Assembly (NCBI GenBank): GCA_002633005.1 | Contig: NMRA01000119.1 | Coordinates: forward strand, 186,001 to 249,972 | DNA length: 63,972 nucleotides | DNA from: Phoronis australis | Lineage: Eukaryota; Animalia; Phoronida | Reading direction: 5' to 3' | Shown: positions 13,501-25,500 of the stretch, in pieces | How the letters are laid out: the number at the start of each line of letters is the position of its first letter | How positions within the stretch are numbered: position 1 is the first letter of the stretch | Translations under genes and position numbers: made by a program | The notes under the pieces: model-generated | The model's database searches: none | What the model was told of the DNA's origin: nothing | Seen by the model: only the letters and a program-made list of their open reading frames with translations

Positions 13501-16500
13501 TCCGTCCTTGTTCCAAATGTTCCTCCATTTTAATATAGGCGTGGTAGGGAAGGTATTTTTTCTTGATGTTACCAAAATCCAAACTCAGCTTACAAACACC
13601 CCAATCAAGTAAACTCAGAGCATTCCAGGTGTAACGTGACATCTCAACATACAAAGCAAGTGAAACTGTCAAAAGAGTGGCGTACAATACTCACTCATTG
13701 GTGTTGTCAACACTTTCTTGCCTTCACACTATTTGTAGTAGGTCACGCTAGTTGATATTTGGCAAATTCGTTAGGATCGTGTCTGGGTGTTTTTTGACTG
13801 AGCTGTTCTCTTATTTTTTAACTTGAGTCAGACTCTGTAGTTGGCACTTTCAAAGTCTATTAGTTTGTTGTGAGGATGTTTAGAAGAGTAAGTCGTGTAT
13901 CAGGATTGTCGGCCAGTAGTGTGTAACCTTATTGGGCAATAAGGTCTGGGATGCGGATTTGGTTTTTAAATTACAACCGTTCTTCATTATTAGGAACTGC
14001 GGATTGACACGAAATTGCCCTGTCTAGTCAGCAAGATGGTCCAGTGTTGGAGCCAAAGTTCATCCGATAGGCCGTCAGCAGACAACCTGGTTAAATATCT
14101 TAACCAGCCACATGTCTTATGTCAGACACGCAATCTTCCGACAGAATTGCAAAATGAAATTGGACCAATCGAAGTCATTTGTGCCTCTCAGGTGAGAGCA
14201 GTGTTGCTTGCAAGGCCCTTTTGTGGATTTTTATATTCTTAGTTCTTTACTAAATGTTACAACCTTTGAGCAGATTGGGTTCTATCTCAACAAGGAACAA
14301 TTAGTGAAAAACTACGCTCTGCCTTGCTTATGTTTGTTAGTCTATTGGCTACAGGCATGAGTGTGGCACAAAGAGGTGCCATAAGCCAATGACAGTACAT
14401 TGTCTGGTTGTGTACCATCATTTGTGCGAAACAAAGTTGGAGTAAATGCAAACTAGACAGCAAGTTGTATTTAAGGTACAGTCTGACATTGATCAGATGT
14501 CACAATGAACAACTGATCAGTTGTCCAGGTTATCTTGGATGCAAACATGGTGTTCCTAGGTTAATGAGTGTGAAGCACCGCCTTACCTTGTTTAACATTT
14601 ATGATTTCGTCCACAGGAGCCTGACAATCACCTGGTGATGGTGTGGGAGGGGTCAGGAGAGACACGCAAGTACAGCATCTTTGACGCGGAGAACGGCAAC
14701 TTCATGGCGACCAGAAACGAAAATCATGGGCACCGCCCAACGTGTTCAGCGAGGGTAGGCAGGAACACGCCCAGGATCTGGGTTGGCAATCAGGTATGTA
14801 CTATGTGAATGTATCCTGCTGCAAAGTGTTATATTCAATTATCCTGCAGGAAGGCATATTTCTACTATTAAGACTTCTCATTGGGGGCTATTAAGGCACC
14901 ATTACACACCGGCACCAGCACAGTGGAATGAGTGTCTGGATACAGCCATGTCCTTATCAGTTTGAGAAAGGGAAACTAATGTTTACATAGTCCAGCTCTC
15001 TTATTGTCTGCTTTCACCTGATGCTCATGTAATCCAGCAATTATTTTGTAAACAGCACACCTGGTGCTAACCGATATTTAAAAATACTATTTGTAAACGA
15101 CTTTCAACAAATGTCGTGAAGCAGAATGCCGATGTGTTTTGTATGAAACTTTTGCCAAAAAACTTCAAATGGAGAAAAACGGTTGACTTTCAGAGAAATT
15201 AGACTTAAGTTTCGTTTATTGATTCTTTTGTGGACTGTAAGCTCTGACCAGCTTAACCACAGTATTGTGTACCAACACAAAAGACATGTTTGGCCAGTTT
15301 AATCAAGCATGATTCTAGATTAGGTCTTGATTGTGGAAATTTCTTAATTTTTACACTCCAGGAGAATGGTACATAATGCAAGTCAAATCATCCCAGTATT
15401 TGTCTACAAAACAAAGAGTGCATTAACTGCTTGTCTTCTCATATAGCTCTGTGTACTCAAAGGGTGTTCCTGTGATTGGGGCTCCTGTTGAGGTCTTATT
15501 TGCAGTAGCTGAGTCAATCTATTGTTCACCAACACAGCTAATTGCGTAGGTATTCTATCCCATACATTTGTTTCAATGTCTTTTTTTCTCAAACAGGCTC
15601 ATAACGGATGATAGTCAAGCAGGTCCTGCATTTTGATAACCATTAACTGAATAATTAGGCGACTGTCTAACCAGTTCCCAAAATGTGCGACCCTTGTAAC
15701 GGAAGTGACTATTTTTGCTTCATAAAGTAGACACATTTTGATCTTGTTCCTTAGTGAAATTAGTTTTGATTTCAGGACTTTGAAAGAGCAGATTGTTCGG
15801 TGTTGCCTGAGATCAGACTGTATGAGTTGGCTTGTCACCGCACGTTGTTTCATTCGCTGATCGCGCTTTCAAGGAATTGCAAATCTAAATATGGTTATTG
15901 TCAACAATTATAGTACTCCAATAATCACCAATCGGATCAGCTGTTTTATATCAATTTAGATCATGTAAATGATCTCCAATTGTCACGCAAAGTGTTAATG
16001 TGCATGTGATGCATCAGTGCTACCTTGCGATTACTTTGATGGCGACAGTGTCACCTACCGTTTACTTGGATGCCGTTAACTTTTGAAGCTGGTATGAATG
16101 GTTCGAGTAAGTTTGCAGTTTACATCTACGCTCCGCTCATACCGGAGTTAAGTTAGTGTGAAAAGGCACAATAATAACGACCGGGTTTTGTATACTAGTA
16201 TCTTATGACTGCAAAAATAGTGTCTAACGTTACTACACACCACTAACTTAGGGTCAGCTAGCATTCGAAGGACACACTGGCCCGGGGTCAGTGAATTTTC
16301 ATCCAGTTTAGTTACTTTTAAAAGTTACTGGCACGGCGGGCCAGTAACTTTCAGATATAGGCCCTATGTGGATGTGGTCTCGTATTCAAGTAATTCAAAA
16401 AAAGTCTATTGACTAATTTTGTTTGCCTATCACCTCTTGAACGCCATCAAGTTTACTTATTAATCTTGTGGGCAATAAATCTTCACACGGAGTTAGTAGC

Positions 16501-19500
16501 AAAACAAGGGTTCTCAAGCACATGCGCATTTATTGTAAATGGAGAAGATTGAGAAAAATGTAGTTAGAGTGTTAAAAGCTGGGCCAGCAACTTGGCAGCA
16601 GGGTCAGTAGCTGTTCAGACCAACTGGCCAGGCATGCCAGCACATTTATTTGCTGAAGTTCAAACACTGGGGTCAGTTGCAGTAACTTTAATTTTATTTG
16701 TTAGAAGACACAATGCTTTTGTCAAAATAACAGTAAAATTTGAAATTAATGTACTTGATACAAATTTCTTGACACTACTCTCGTCAGCAGCTAACATCAG
16801 ATAATAACACTGTTTTGATGAATATGGCTACGTTTTTTAAGCTGTGGGGATGCATATTGATTTAATGAGTGCATCACCTTGGATGTAATTTTATTAGGCA
16901 AAAGAATTAAAATTCATCCCTTTCATTTCTACGTTTTTGTTTTTAATCATTTGAAGCAATTAAGTTGTGGAGATGCATATTGATTTAATGAGTGCATCAC
17001 CTTGGATGTGATTTTGATATACATTGTAAGAAATTAAGCAAAGGAATTAAAATTCATCTGTTTCATTTTGGTTATCTGGAAGTTTCTATATTTCCAGTGA
17101 TCAGCAAAGTAAGTGATTCGTTGTATTTTCCCAGAATGCACTCAGCATTTTCTATGGTTGTATTATGGTTTCAAGACTTTCCTCACAAACCCTAGTAACT
17201 TAAACAGACATAGTGGGAGGTGGGTCAATGCACTCTGGTATTTGGAAGTGTTGGGTGGTGACTTCTGTGGTGATATTGCTTTATAATCAATAGCCAGATT
17301 AGAGCAATTCAGACATGTCTGTGCCGTCAGAACAAGTCTCTATGCCAGATTTTTCTCACATATGAAGAATTGTGATGTAGTACATGCAAAATCAACCCAT
17401 TTGAGCTGGCCCAGTGCTGCATATACAGCCAAGATACAGTCCTCGTTGCGCATGTTGTTTGGTTCACCTGAAAGAGGTTAGAGTAACTCAGAATCGAAGA
17501 CATTTTCTTTTCATAGGCAGCGCCCTCTGATGGCTGTTGCTGAAAGCTTTGAAAACCCGTCTGCCAACATGTCAAGTTTTTCAATAATTCTTTACAAAGC
17601 TGCTCTGAATCCACTTTCATTTAAAGCACCTTTAAGTAAATGAATTTAATCAGACATGCTTGACAGAAACCACTGAAGTACGAATGAAAGACACTCACCG
17701 ATTAGCCAGTTAGTGTATTGAATTTTTGCCTCCGATGGATTCCATCTGAACACCCCTTCTTTTTTCTGGTCATTACCTCCAATCCAAAACGCTTGCATAC
17801 TTTTACCTCGTGTCTTTGCGATCAAATTGTAAAGGAAACTGTTTTCTTCTCCTGTTTCTATGGTGACAAGATGAGCACCCTGTGCCTGACATCGATTCAG
17901 TGCAGTTTTCCAGGGCGCTAGTGTTAGGCCAACTCTGTAACAGGAATTCTTGTACTTAGTGTATGCCGCAGTGGGACATTTCTTGGCAATGACTGGTGGA
18001 GGACTTTTTGGTTTAGAAGAAGTTGTTGAAAGACGCCTTGTAGCCCTAATACTGTTTAACTTGGTCGCAGCAGTCGTACTTTTAGTATCAGTGGATGTAG
18101 CAGCCCAGATATTTCTCTGTAACGTTGACCCTTGAACCTTTGCACAGCATTGGTCTTTTTGCTGGATTGTCTTGTTCACCGCTTGATTGATGGCCCCAAC
18201 CAGTTGCCCCAGCGTTGAGATCTCCAAGTTCACTTTTTGAATTGCTTTGCTGTTGTTCTCAATGAGGCCACCTATAGCGTCGATTTGTAGTTGAAGCACT
18301 GCTACTTGCTCTGCCACTGTGCTTTTTAACCCTTGAGTTAAAATCATTACGTTTCTAAGTTCCCTCTGAATGTCAAGCTTTGCTAAATCTTGATCATTTC
18401 CATTTGCTAGAGAGGCGAGTAGAGCGATGAACAGGGCAAGCTGTGCCTTCATAATGAGACTGTGTGATGATAGAATGGCGCTAGTCTGTGTTATGATCAC
18501 TTATAATCCAACACATTGTATATGGTTGGCCTTTGCTACCAATGCTTATCTCCTCTTATTGCATCTACTCATATCCAAGACAGTCACTACTGCTAGACGG
18601 ATAACAGTGCTAATCATTATCTTCACTTCTTACATAATTATAAATTCAACACCACAGTGACCTCTGTTATCCACACCTGCCTCATAATCACCATCGTCAA
18701 CATGACCATAATCGCCGTCGTTATCTCTTTCATTAACGTCATAATCACCACCACCACTGTCACCGTTATCGTCATTGTCATCACCATAATAAACATAATT
18801 GTCTTCGTCATCATAATCAACAATATCATCGTTTAGGTTGCTAGCATAATTGCAATCTGCATCATTGTTATAATCTTGGTTATCATCTTCATCAGTGTCA
18901 TCATCCTTCATCATCATTGTCACCATCCCTCATCATCATTGTCACCATCCCTCATCATCATTGTCACCATCCCTCATCATCATTGTCACCATCACCACTG
19001 CCACCATCACCACTGCCTCCAGCATCATCAAATCACTAAAAAGTACCCATCTCAGTTCTTGTACTGTTCTTGTGTTATTTTTTATGCAAATTAGCTTCCA
19101 GTCTTGGCATCATTAACAAGTTACAAATTGATAACATGGCTCCCTATTCGTGAGGGTTTTCCATGCTGAACGAAGTACAATTGTTATCTGTTTGAGAAGA
19201 TTTCAAGTTTAAGATTAATCCTTTCTTGTCTTGATTTGTCACGCTCTTGTAATTTGTTATGCAATTGAACGCTGAGATCTGGAAGGAAATTTACTTTCAA
19301 TTTGTTTGAATGTGTAGATACCTGGGAGGGAGGATACGGTGATGAAATGCTTGATAGTGAACTTTAAAATAATTCAAAGTGTGATTACGTTAATTATCAA
19401 AATACCGGGAGTCACGAAAATGTACACAAAAATGCTCTGAACTATGATAAGCAGGAAATAGTTTTATTGGGAACTAAGGGTGTGTTTCTCAATCTTGGAA

Positions 19501-22500
19501 ACCTAAAGTTGTTTTTGAAAGGCACAAATGTTATGGAAAATTGACAATTAATTCTAGTCTGGAAGAACAGAAATTGTTGTATCAACACGATTCAGTAATA
19601 AAATACATTTTATGCTTTGCATCCACAAATAAACCAGAAATTTTGGGCCTCTCAGATATTTCTGAAGCCTTCATCAGTGTTATATATGGTGATTTTTTGC
19701 AGTTAATCTGTGGATGCAAAGCAGGAACTAAATCTACTCATATACCGTTATCTTGGCCATACTAGAATAAAAAAGCAGGCAATAGCCACACAAATGAATA
19801 TTGATTCGATGTTTCGTCTATTCTCGATTATGTCTAATGAATAGACAAAACGTCAAATTAATATGGACTTTTTTATTTGTGCGGCGATTGCCCATTTTTT
19901 TATCATGTACCGGGCTTTCAGATGAACCTATTTTAAAACATAATCAGTGGTGCTAACGTGGTACATGTATCCTAACATTTTCTACAGATCTCATTTATTA
20001 AGTCAGAGATAAGTTATCTGTCACAGTTTTTTCTATGTTTGCACGTTAAACGAAAGGTCCAGCTCTGGGGAGATTGCAAAAGCTTTAAGAAAGTCTATTG
20101 TACTAGTCTGAAAAAATGCTTTAAGAGAGTCTATTGTACTGGTCTGAAGAAATGCAGTCACCAGCATCTTTATACCAGTTGAAGTCAACTGTGGATTTCT
20201 TCCTTGGTTTCTGTGTAATGCAGAACAAATTTTAGGGGTTCCAAGGATTAAAAACATTTTTTAGTTCATTTAATAAAACAATTTGCTGATACTCATACTG
20301 CATGGTGTTTTGGTTTCATTTTTGGTATGCCGCCGTATGTGCTGGGTTAAGGGCCCCGTTTGTCGCAGTGACTGGATTGCAGTGATTCAGGTTGCAGATT
20401 TTGGTCAATTCTTACAATTTGTTACTATCACAGCAGTGTTTGTGTGTGATAGTTTGGGCATTTACGAGAGTACACACTCAAATTATAATGTCACAAAAAT
20501 CTTAACAATTTTGGCAATTTCATCTGTGAATGCTGATTCAAATCGTCACTCTTCATGCATGTCATAATGTCAGCCTGTACTCGAAGAAACCATGGCATGG
20601 AATGGCTCTGAGACCCATTTGTTCAAAAGCAGAAAGTTCAGTCACTGAGCTTAGATGGTTACAGGCATTTTATAAGAGCAAGACACTGCCACTGACATTA
20701 AGTTGATCATTTAGGCTTAACAACCACCTTCACAAATCGTGTTAACAAACTGTGTGCAAATCGAAATTATGACTGTCTTAACCAAGATCAGACTTACGAA
20801 CTTTAATAATACTGGCCATGTCCCTACTCCTTGATGTTTATCTAAAGGTTGTTATAGTAATCAAGTAGCACTTATTTTCTAGGCTGGCGAGATTGAAGTC
20901 TTTGGATTTCGGTTTATTGGAGCACCGGTTTGCCTGTGGAAAAAGAAGTTGAGGGGTATACCCTTGGCCATGGTGTACCGAAGGGTGAGTGTTTCTCAGA
21001 AATTGGCAATAAATAATTCATTAACAATTTTTAATTGAGTATCTGTAATGTCTTGTATATGCCTGGTGTAAACCTGGGGATTTGCCAGTGCAATCTTTAG
21101 CACTTATTGAAACCAGAGACAGAGCCTGCACACTTGTGTATTACAAATAATTTTCAAGGGGTACACAGTAGTAAGCACAGCTTGCTACAGGCATGCAGAC
21201 AAGACAGGGTTCACAATGGCAGGAAAATAGCAGTCTCAAGAGCGTACTACTCTAAAATAACTAACAAACAGACTCGGCGCAAAAAAACTCTTTACTGGGC
21301 ATGAAAGGTCTGTGATACAAAAAGTTCCTAAGACTGCGAGAGCTTCGTGGAATGTCCAACAGACGGCACAATCTGAGAATCATTAAAACTACCACCTGTA
21401 ATAACCTCTTAGTAAAGAGAAGCTCACATGAACTAAATCAATAAGGAGTGACATACAGAATGTGCACTATGACACTGGCATGTACAAAAATTTTCACACT
21501 CACTTGAAAAACCTAGACATGAGTCCCCCATTTTACAGGTAGTGGAAAAACATTTCTTACAAAAACATTTTCAGACAACTGTTAAAAGATGGCAGCACCA
21601 TTCGAAATAGATGAACATAAGAAATGGTTATATGTCTTTGTATGTCAGCTGCAGAAACTTGACAGTGTTGATTTGGTTGGATAAGAAGTGACTACAAGTT
21701 GCATATCTCTTGTCCTAATGTTTGCAACTCCAACAGGTAACCGTTCAAAATTAGGAGGTATACATACGATTGTCTAGCTGAGCTTTGGTTAGCAGTCTGG
21801 TAAAAATGGGCTTACCTGCTAAAGGAAAGCTTGTAAATAAATGTCTTTGAGTTATTGGTAATGCAATTGGCATGAAGAGAATGACATGAAGTGGTCACAG
21901 TTCTCTAACAATTGTCCATCTGTTGTGTTTAAACTTGCAAATCCAATTAATTTCTCAAACGTGAAAAACGTCACATCATGAACCATACACACTGACATAT
22001 CCGACGATAAAATAAATTTTTTCAAACTCGCATGACCTCTGAACCGAGGTGGTGTAAGCTTGTGCATGCCAACAGTGTTTCAGACCTTGCTAAATCAAAA
22101 CTAGCCTAGGCGAGGTGCCTCACCCCAGAATTGCATCATGCCATCAAATTGAGTGTCAGGCATGTCGGTGTACCCTTCATAGCTTTAACCTGAAATTGGG
22201 ATGATTTGCGTGGAGCATTGTGTTCACAGCACATACAAGGGAGTAATGCAGCATGCATCATATTGTCATTTTCAGTCCACGGCACTGAAATGCGATTTTG
22301 TCTACGTCTCTTTGGATGATGGCAAGCTGGTCATACTGCGCCGCGACTTAACCACGTCCTCCACGAGAAGTTCCCATTCAAGTGTAGGTAACCACTGGAC
22401 GCACTCAGGCTCGCAACATGCGCAGAAAGAGGATTCAGAGTGGGCGGAGCTAAAGACGATTGCGGTTGGCTCAAGAGACCAGCCCAACCTCCCAGCACAG

Positions 22501-25500
22501 GCATTGTGCCTCGTGAACGACAACAAGGAATTGTGGGTGGGCTGTGGCTGCTGCATAGCTATCGTAGATACCGGTGCTCTTTTGGTTGAAACTCGGATAC
22601 AGGTAGAGTTTGGTTGGATATGGGTAGCAGAAGAGCATAGTTGAATATGGGTGGCAGAAGAGCATAGTTGAATTCTGGGTGGCAGAAGAACATAGCTGAA
22701 TATTGGTGGCAGCAGAACATCGTTGAATATGTGATTATGGGTTGCAGAAGAACATAGTTGAACATGGGTGGCAGAAGAACATAGTTGAACATGGATGGCA
22801 GAAGAACATAGTCGAATATGGGTGGCAGAAGAACATAGTTGAATATGGGTGGCAGAAGAGCATCGTTGAATATGGGTTGCAGAAGAACATAGTTGAATAT
22901 GGGTGGCAGAAGAACATAGTTGAATATGGGTGGCTACTTCTGCATATGATGTGTGGTCTTTTCAACAGGAATGTTGTTACGTCAATGTTTTGTGAAGCTT
23001 GGCAATTTTTGCATCTTGTTTGTTTGTATATGGTCCATTCAAGTAATATGTATGCTTGTAATCAGAGACTTAATAGAGCAACGGTTCACCTATTAAGCGT
23101 TCAATATTGCGAAAATCCAACAAAAAGGAACTTAGAAAATTTCAATAACTTTGTTTATACTGTGTGGATGTTATAAAACCGTGTTGTACTCTTTCTGCTT
23201 TTAATCAGAACACGAAATTTTCCATTCTTCTTAAGTACAAATTCAAGGTTATTCTGTGCTTAAGTATTTTTTGTGGATGACGTTTTAATCCTATTTTGCA
23301 GGTGATGACCCTAGGGTTAAAGGTATAATTTCAAGTCTGAACTAATTTTTTGTGCCTTTTTGTTCCTTTTTTCTTAACGTTGTTCACTTTCCTGGCTCAG
23401 GTGTATGATACAAAGCTGCGTCGACCTAGAACCATACGGCAGATTGTCTGCAGTGGGACCAAAGTGTGGTGCATTAACAAGGCCAACGGTGAAGTGATCG
23501 AGATCAACGCTAGGACCCGCCAGGTTCTGTACAAATTCGACTGCAGCATGGATAATCCTGTCAACAAAATAGTCGTCAGTGATTTCAAGGATGCCGTAAA
23601 AAATAGAAACTTGAAAACGTACTTGAGTGCACAGCAAAAAGAACCAGAGGTGCAGAGGAGAAAAAGCAGCGAATCGGATGCAAAACCAAGGGATGAGCAG
23701 CGTAAGGTACTGATTTTTTTAGTTGAAGCAACTGCTAATCTAGATACTATATTGTTTCCAAATTCATCTCAAATTGTTCGTTACCTCACGTTACAAAACA
23801 CTCCATTTGGTTTCAACTCTAGACGACGGTAGTTGCAAACTGAGGCTAAATCTAATTATCAGTCATTGTTAAGCGTTCCTGCAGTCTCTTGTTCAGCATC
23901 ACGATCTACAACCATTCAAAGATATTCTAAAGTCGCTCATCAACGGGTACCAAAGAACCGTCAAACATAACGTTTCTATATAAGGCTAATCTTTATTCTT
24001 GAATTAAAGTTGATCATAACATAACTTTTTAGAGAAATTGTAATTTCAGAAGCCAAACATTTAAAAAGTCCACAATAAGCCAGTCAAGTCATTGCAACTG
24101 CGCTAATTGATCTACTCCACACAAAAGATGCTTAGATCAGCGTTTCTGATAAACAGGCTATTTGACAACAGTGGTTCTTTGCAAATCTATTGATGAAGTA
24201 CAAGGTGTCATAAAACAACCCAAGTTTTAATGTTAAGGTCCTTTCATACTAGCGTCGATGCGTCAATATTTTGGGGAGTTGCGGTTAGTTATGAACGTTT
24301 AACTTCGGTCCTGAATAGAAGTTAATGCCAGTTAACTTCGCAGTTAACACGTGGATTTAACAGTGTAGCGCCAGCGCTGCTGTGCAGTATGAATGGTCAA
24401 CTTTGGCCCCAGGGACCACTGTTATCATCAACATTTAAAGGGCATTTTGTCACTAATAGTGCTCGAATAATCACCAATAAAATTAGAAGTAAATTTTATG
24501 TCAATTAAATGTTCCCAAACTGTCACATTAAAAATCTTAGCGTGCATGAGATGCATAAGTGCTGCCTTGCAATTACTTCGATGATGACAGCGTCACCTAC
24601 TGTTTACTTCGATGTCCCTTAACTACCAAAACCGGTATGAACAGTTCAGTTAACTTCGCAATTTACGTTGACGCTCTGCTCAAACCGGAGTTAAGTCAGT
24701 ACGAAAGGGTCGTTAGAAGTGGATCCTGGGTATTGGAGGAATCAGCTTAAGGTTCATTGTTACTTGAGACCTGGCTCAAGAAAATGGAATTCCCTAGCGC
24801 GCCTTTTTATGCTACAAGCATTTCTTAAAAATATAGTGAACTGTAGGATCTTCACAGGACCAGAATCCTATCTGAAGTTTGAAAGGAATGATTTCGGATA
24901 CCAACTCAGTTCTTTGCAGTAATTTGTCTTGGTCAAAATGAAATATTTTTTTACAGAGGATGGGCTCACACCAGCAGTTCATAAGAAATGATAAACCTGA
25001 GATAAGCTCCTCAAATTCCTTTTTTGTGGTGGCATAACTAAGTAGACTCAGATTACTCTAAACAGTACATAGCCAAAGTCTACATGGCTATACTGTACCT
25101 TGACTTTAAAAAACACACGTTGGTTTGATTCAAAAGCAAGTACAATGCGTTCTTAAACAAAATGTAGACCTATCTGAGGGCAATATCAGGTCATATGGAC
25201 CCGTGACAGTAATGCCAACAAAGGCCAGAGACAACATGATTGTCAGTCTGTATAACCTGGTATATGCATGGGAACTCTATTTTATTTTATTGTACATCCA
25301 CAGATGCTTCTTTTGTGTAGGGATTTGTTTTTCTGATGTAATGGAAATCATCCCCTTATATTGTTTTTGGCAAGGAAAGGACCTACGTTTCAGCAGTCAT
25401 GTAATAATATGACACTGATAGGTTTTTTTTTATATCACGGTAAATTTACACGAAATGCTTGAGAGATGGTGAACTTAATTGTTAATGGTAAGCTATAACG

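Noticed and set aside
17646-17698. C-terminal extension ECLSFVLQWFLSSMSD of the lectin ORF, and the N-terminal extension to 18500
   Set aside because: Intron read-through past the G|gtgagt donor; the true CTLD end is in exon 17467-17340, and the ATG at 18452 directly precedes the signal peptide
18630-19116. Asp-rich and His-rich ORFs
   Set aside because: Arise from the (CAT)n low-complexity tract; no gene structure
19154-19163. NF-kB-like site GGGTTTTCC upstream of the lectin gene
   Set aside because: Single short imperfect match expected by chance
22559-23176. ORFs with GWQKNIVEY / HPYSTMFFC repeats
   Set aside because: Translation of the intronic 27-bp minisatellite
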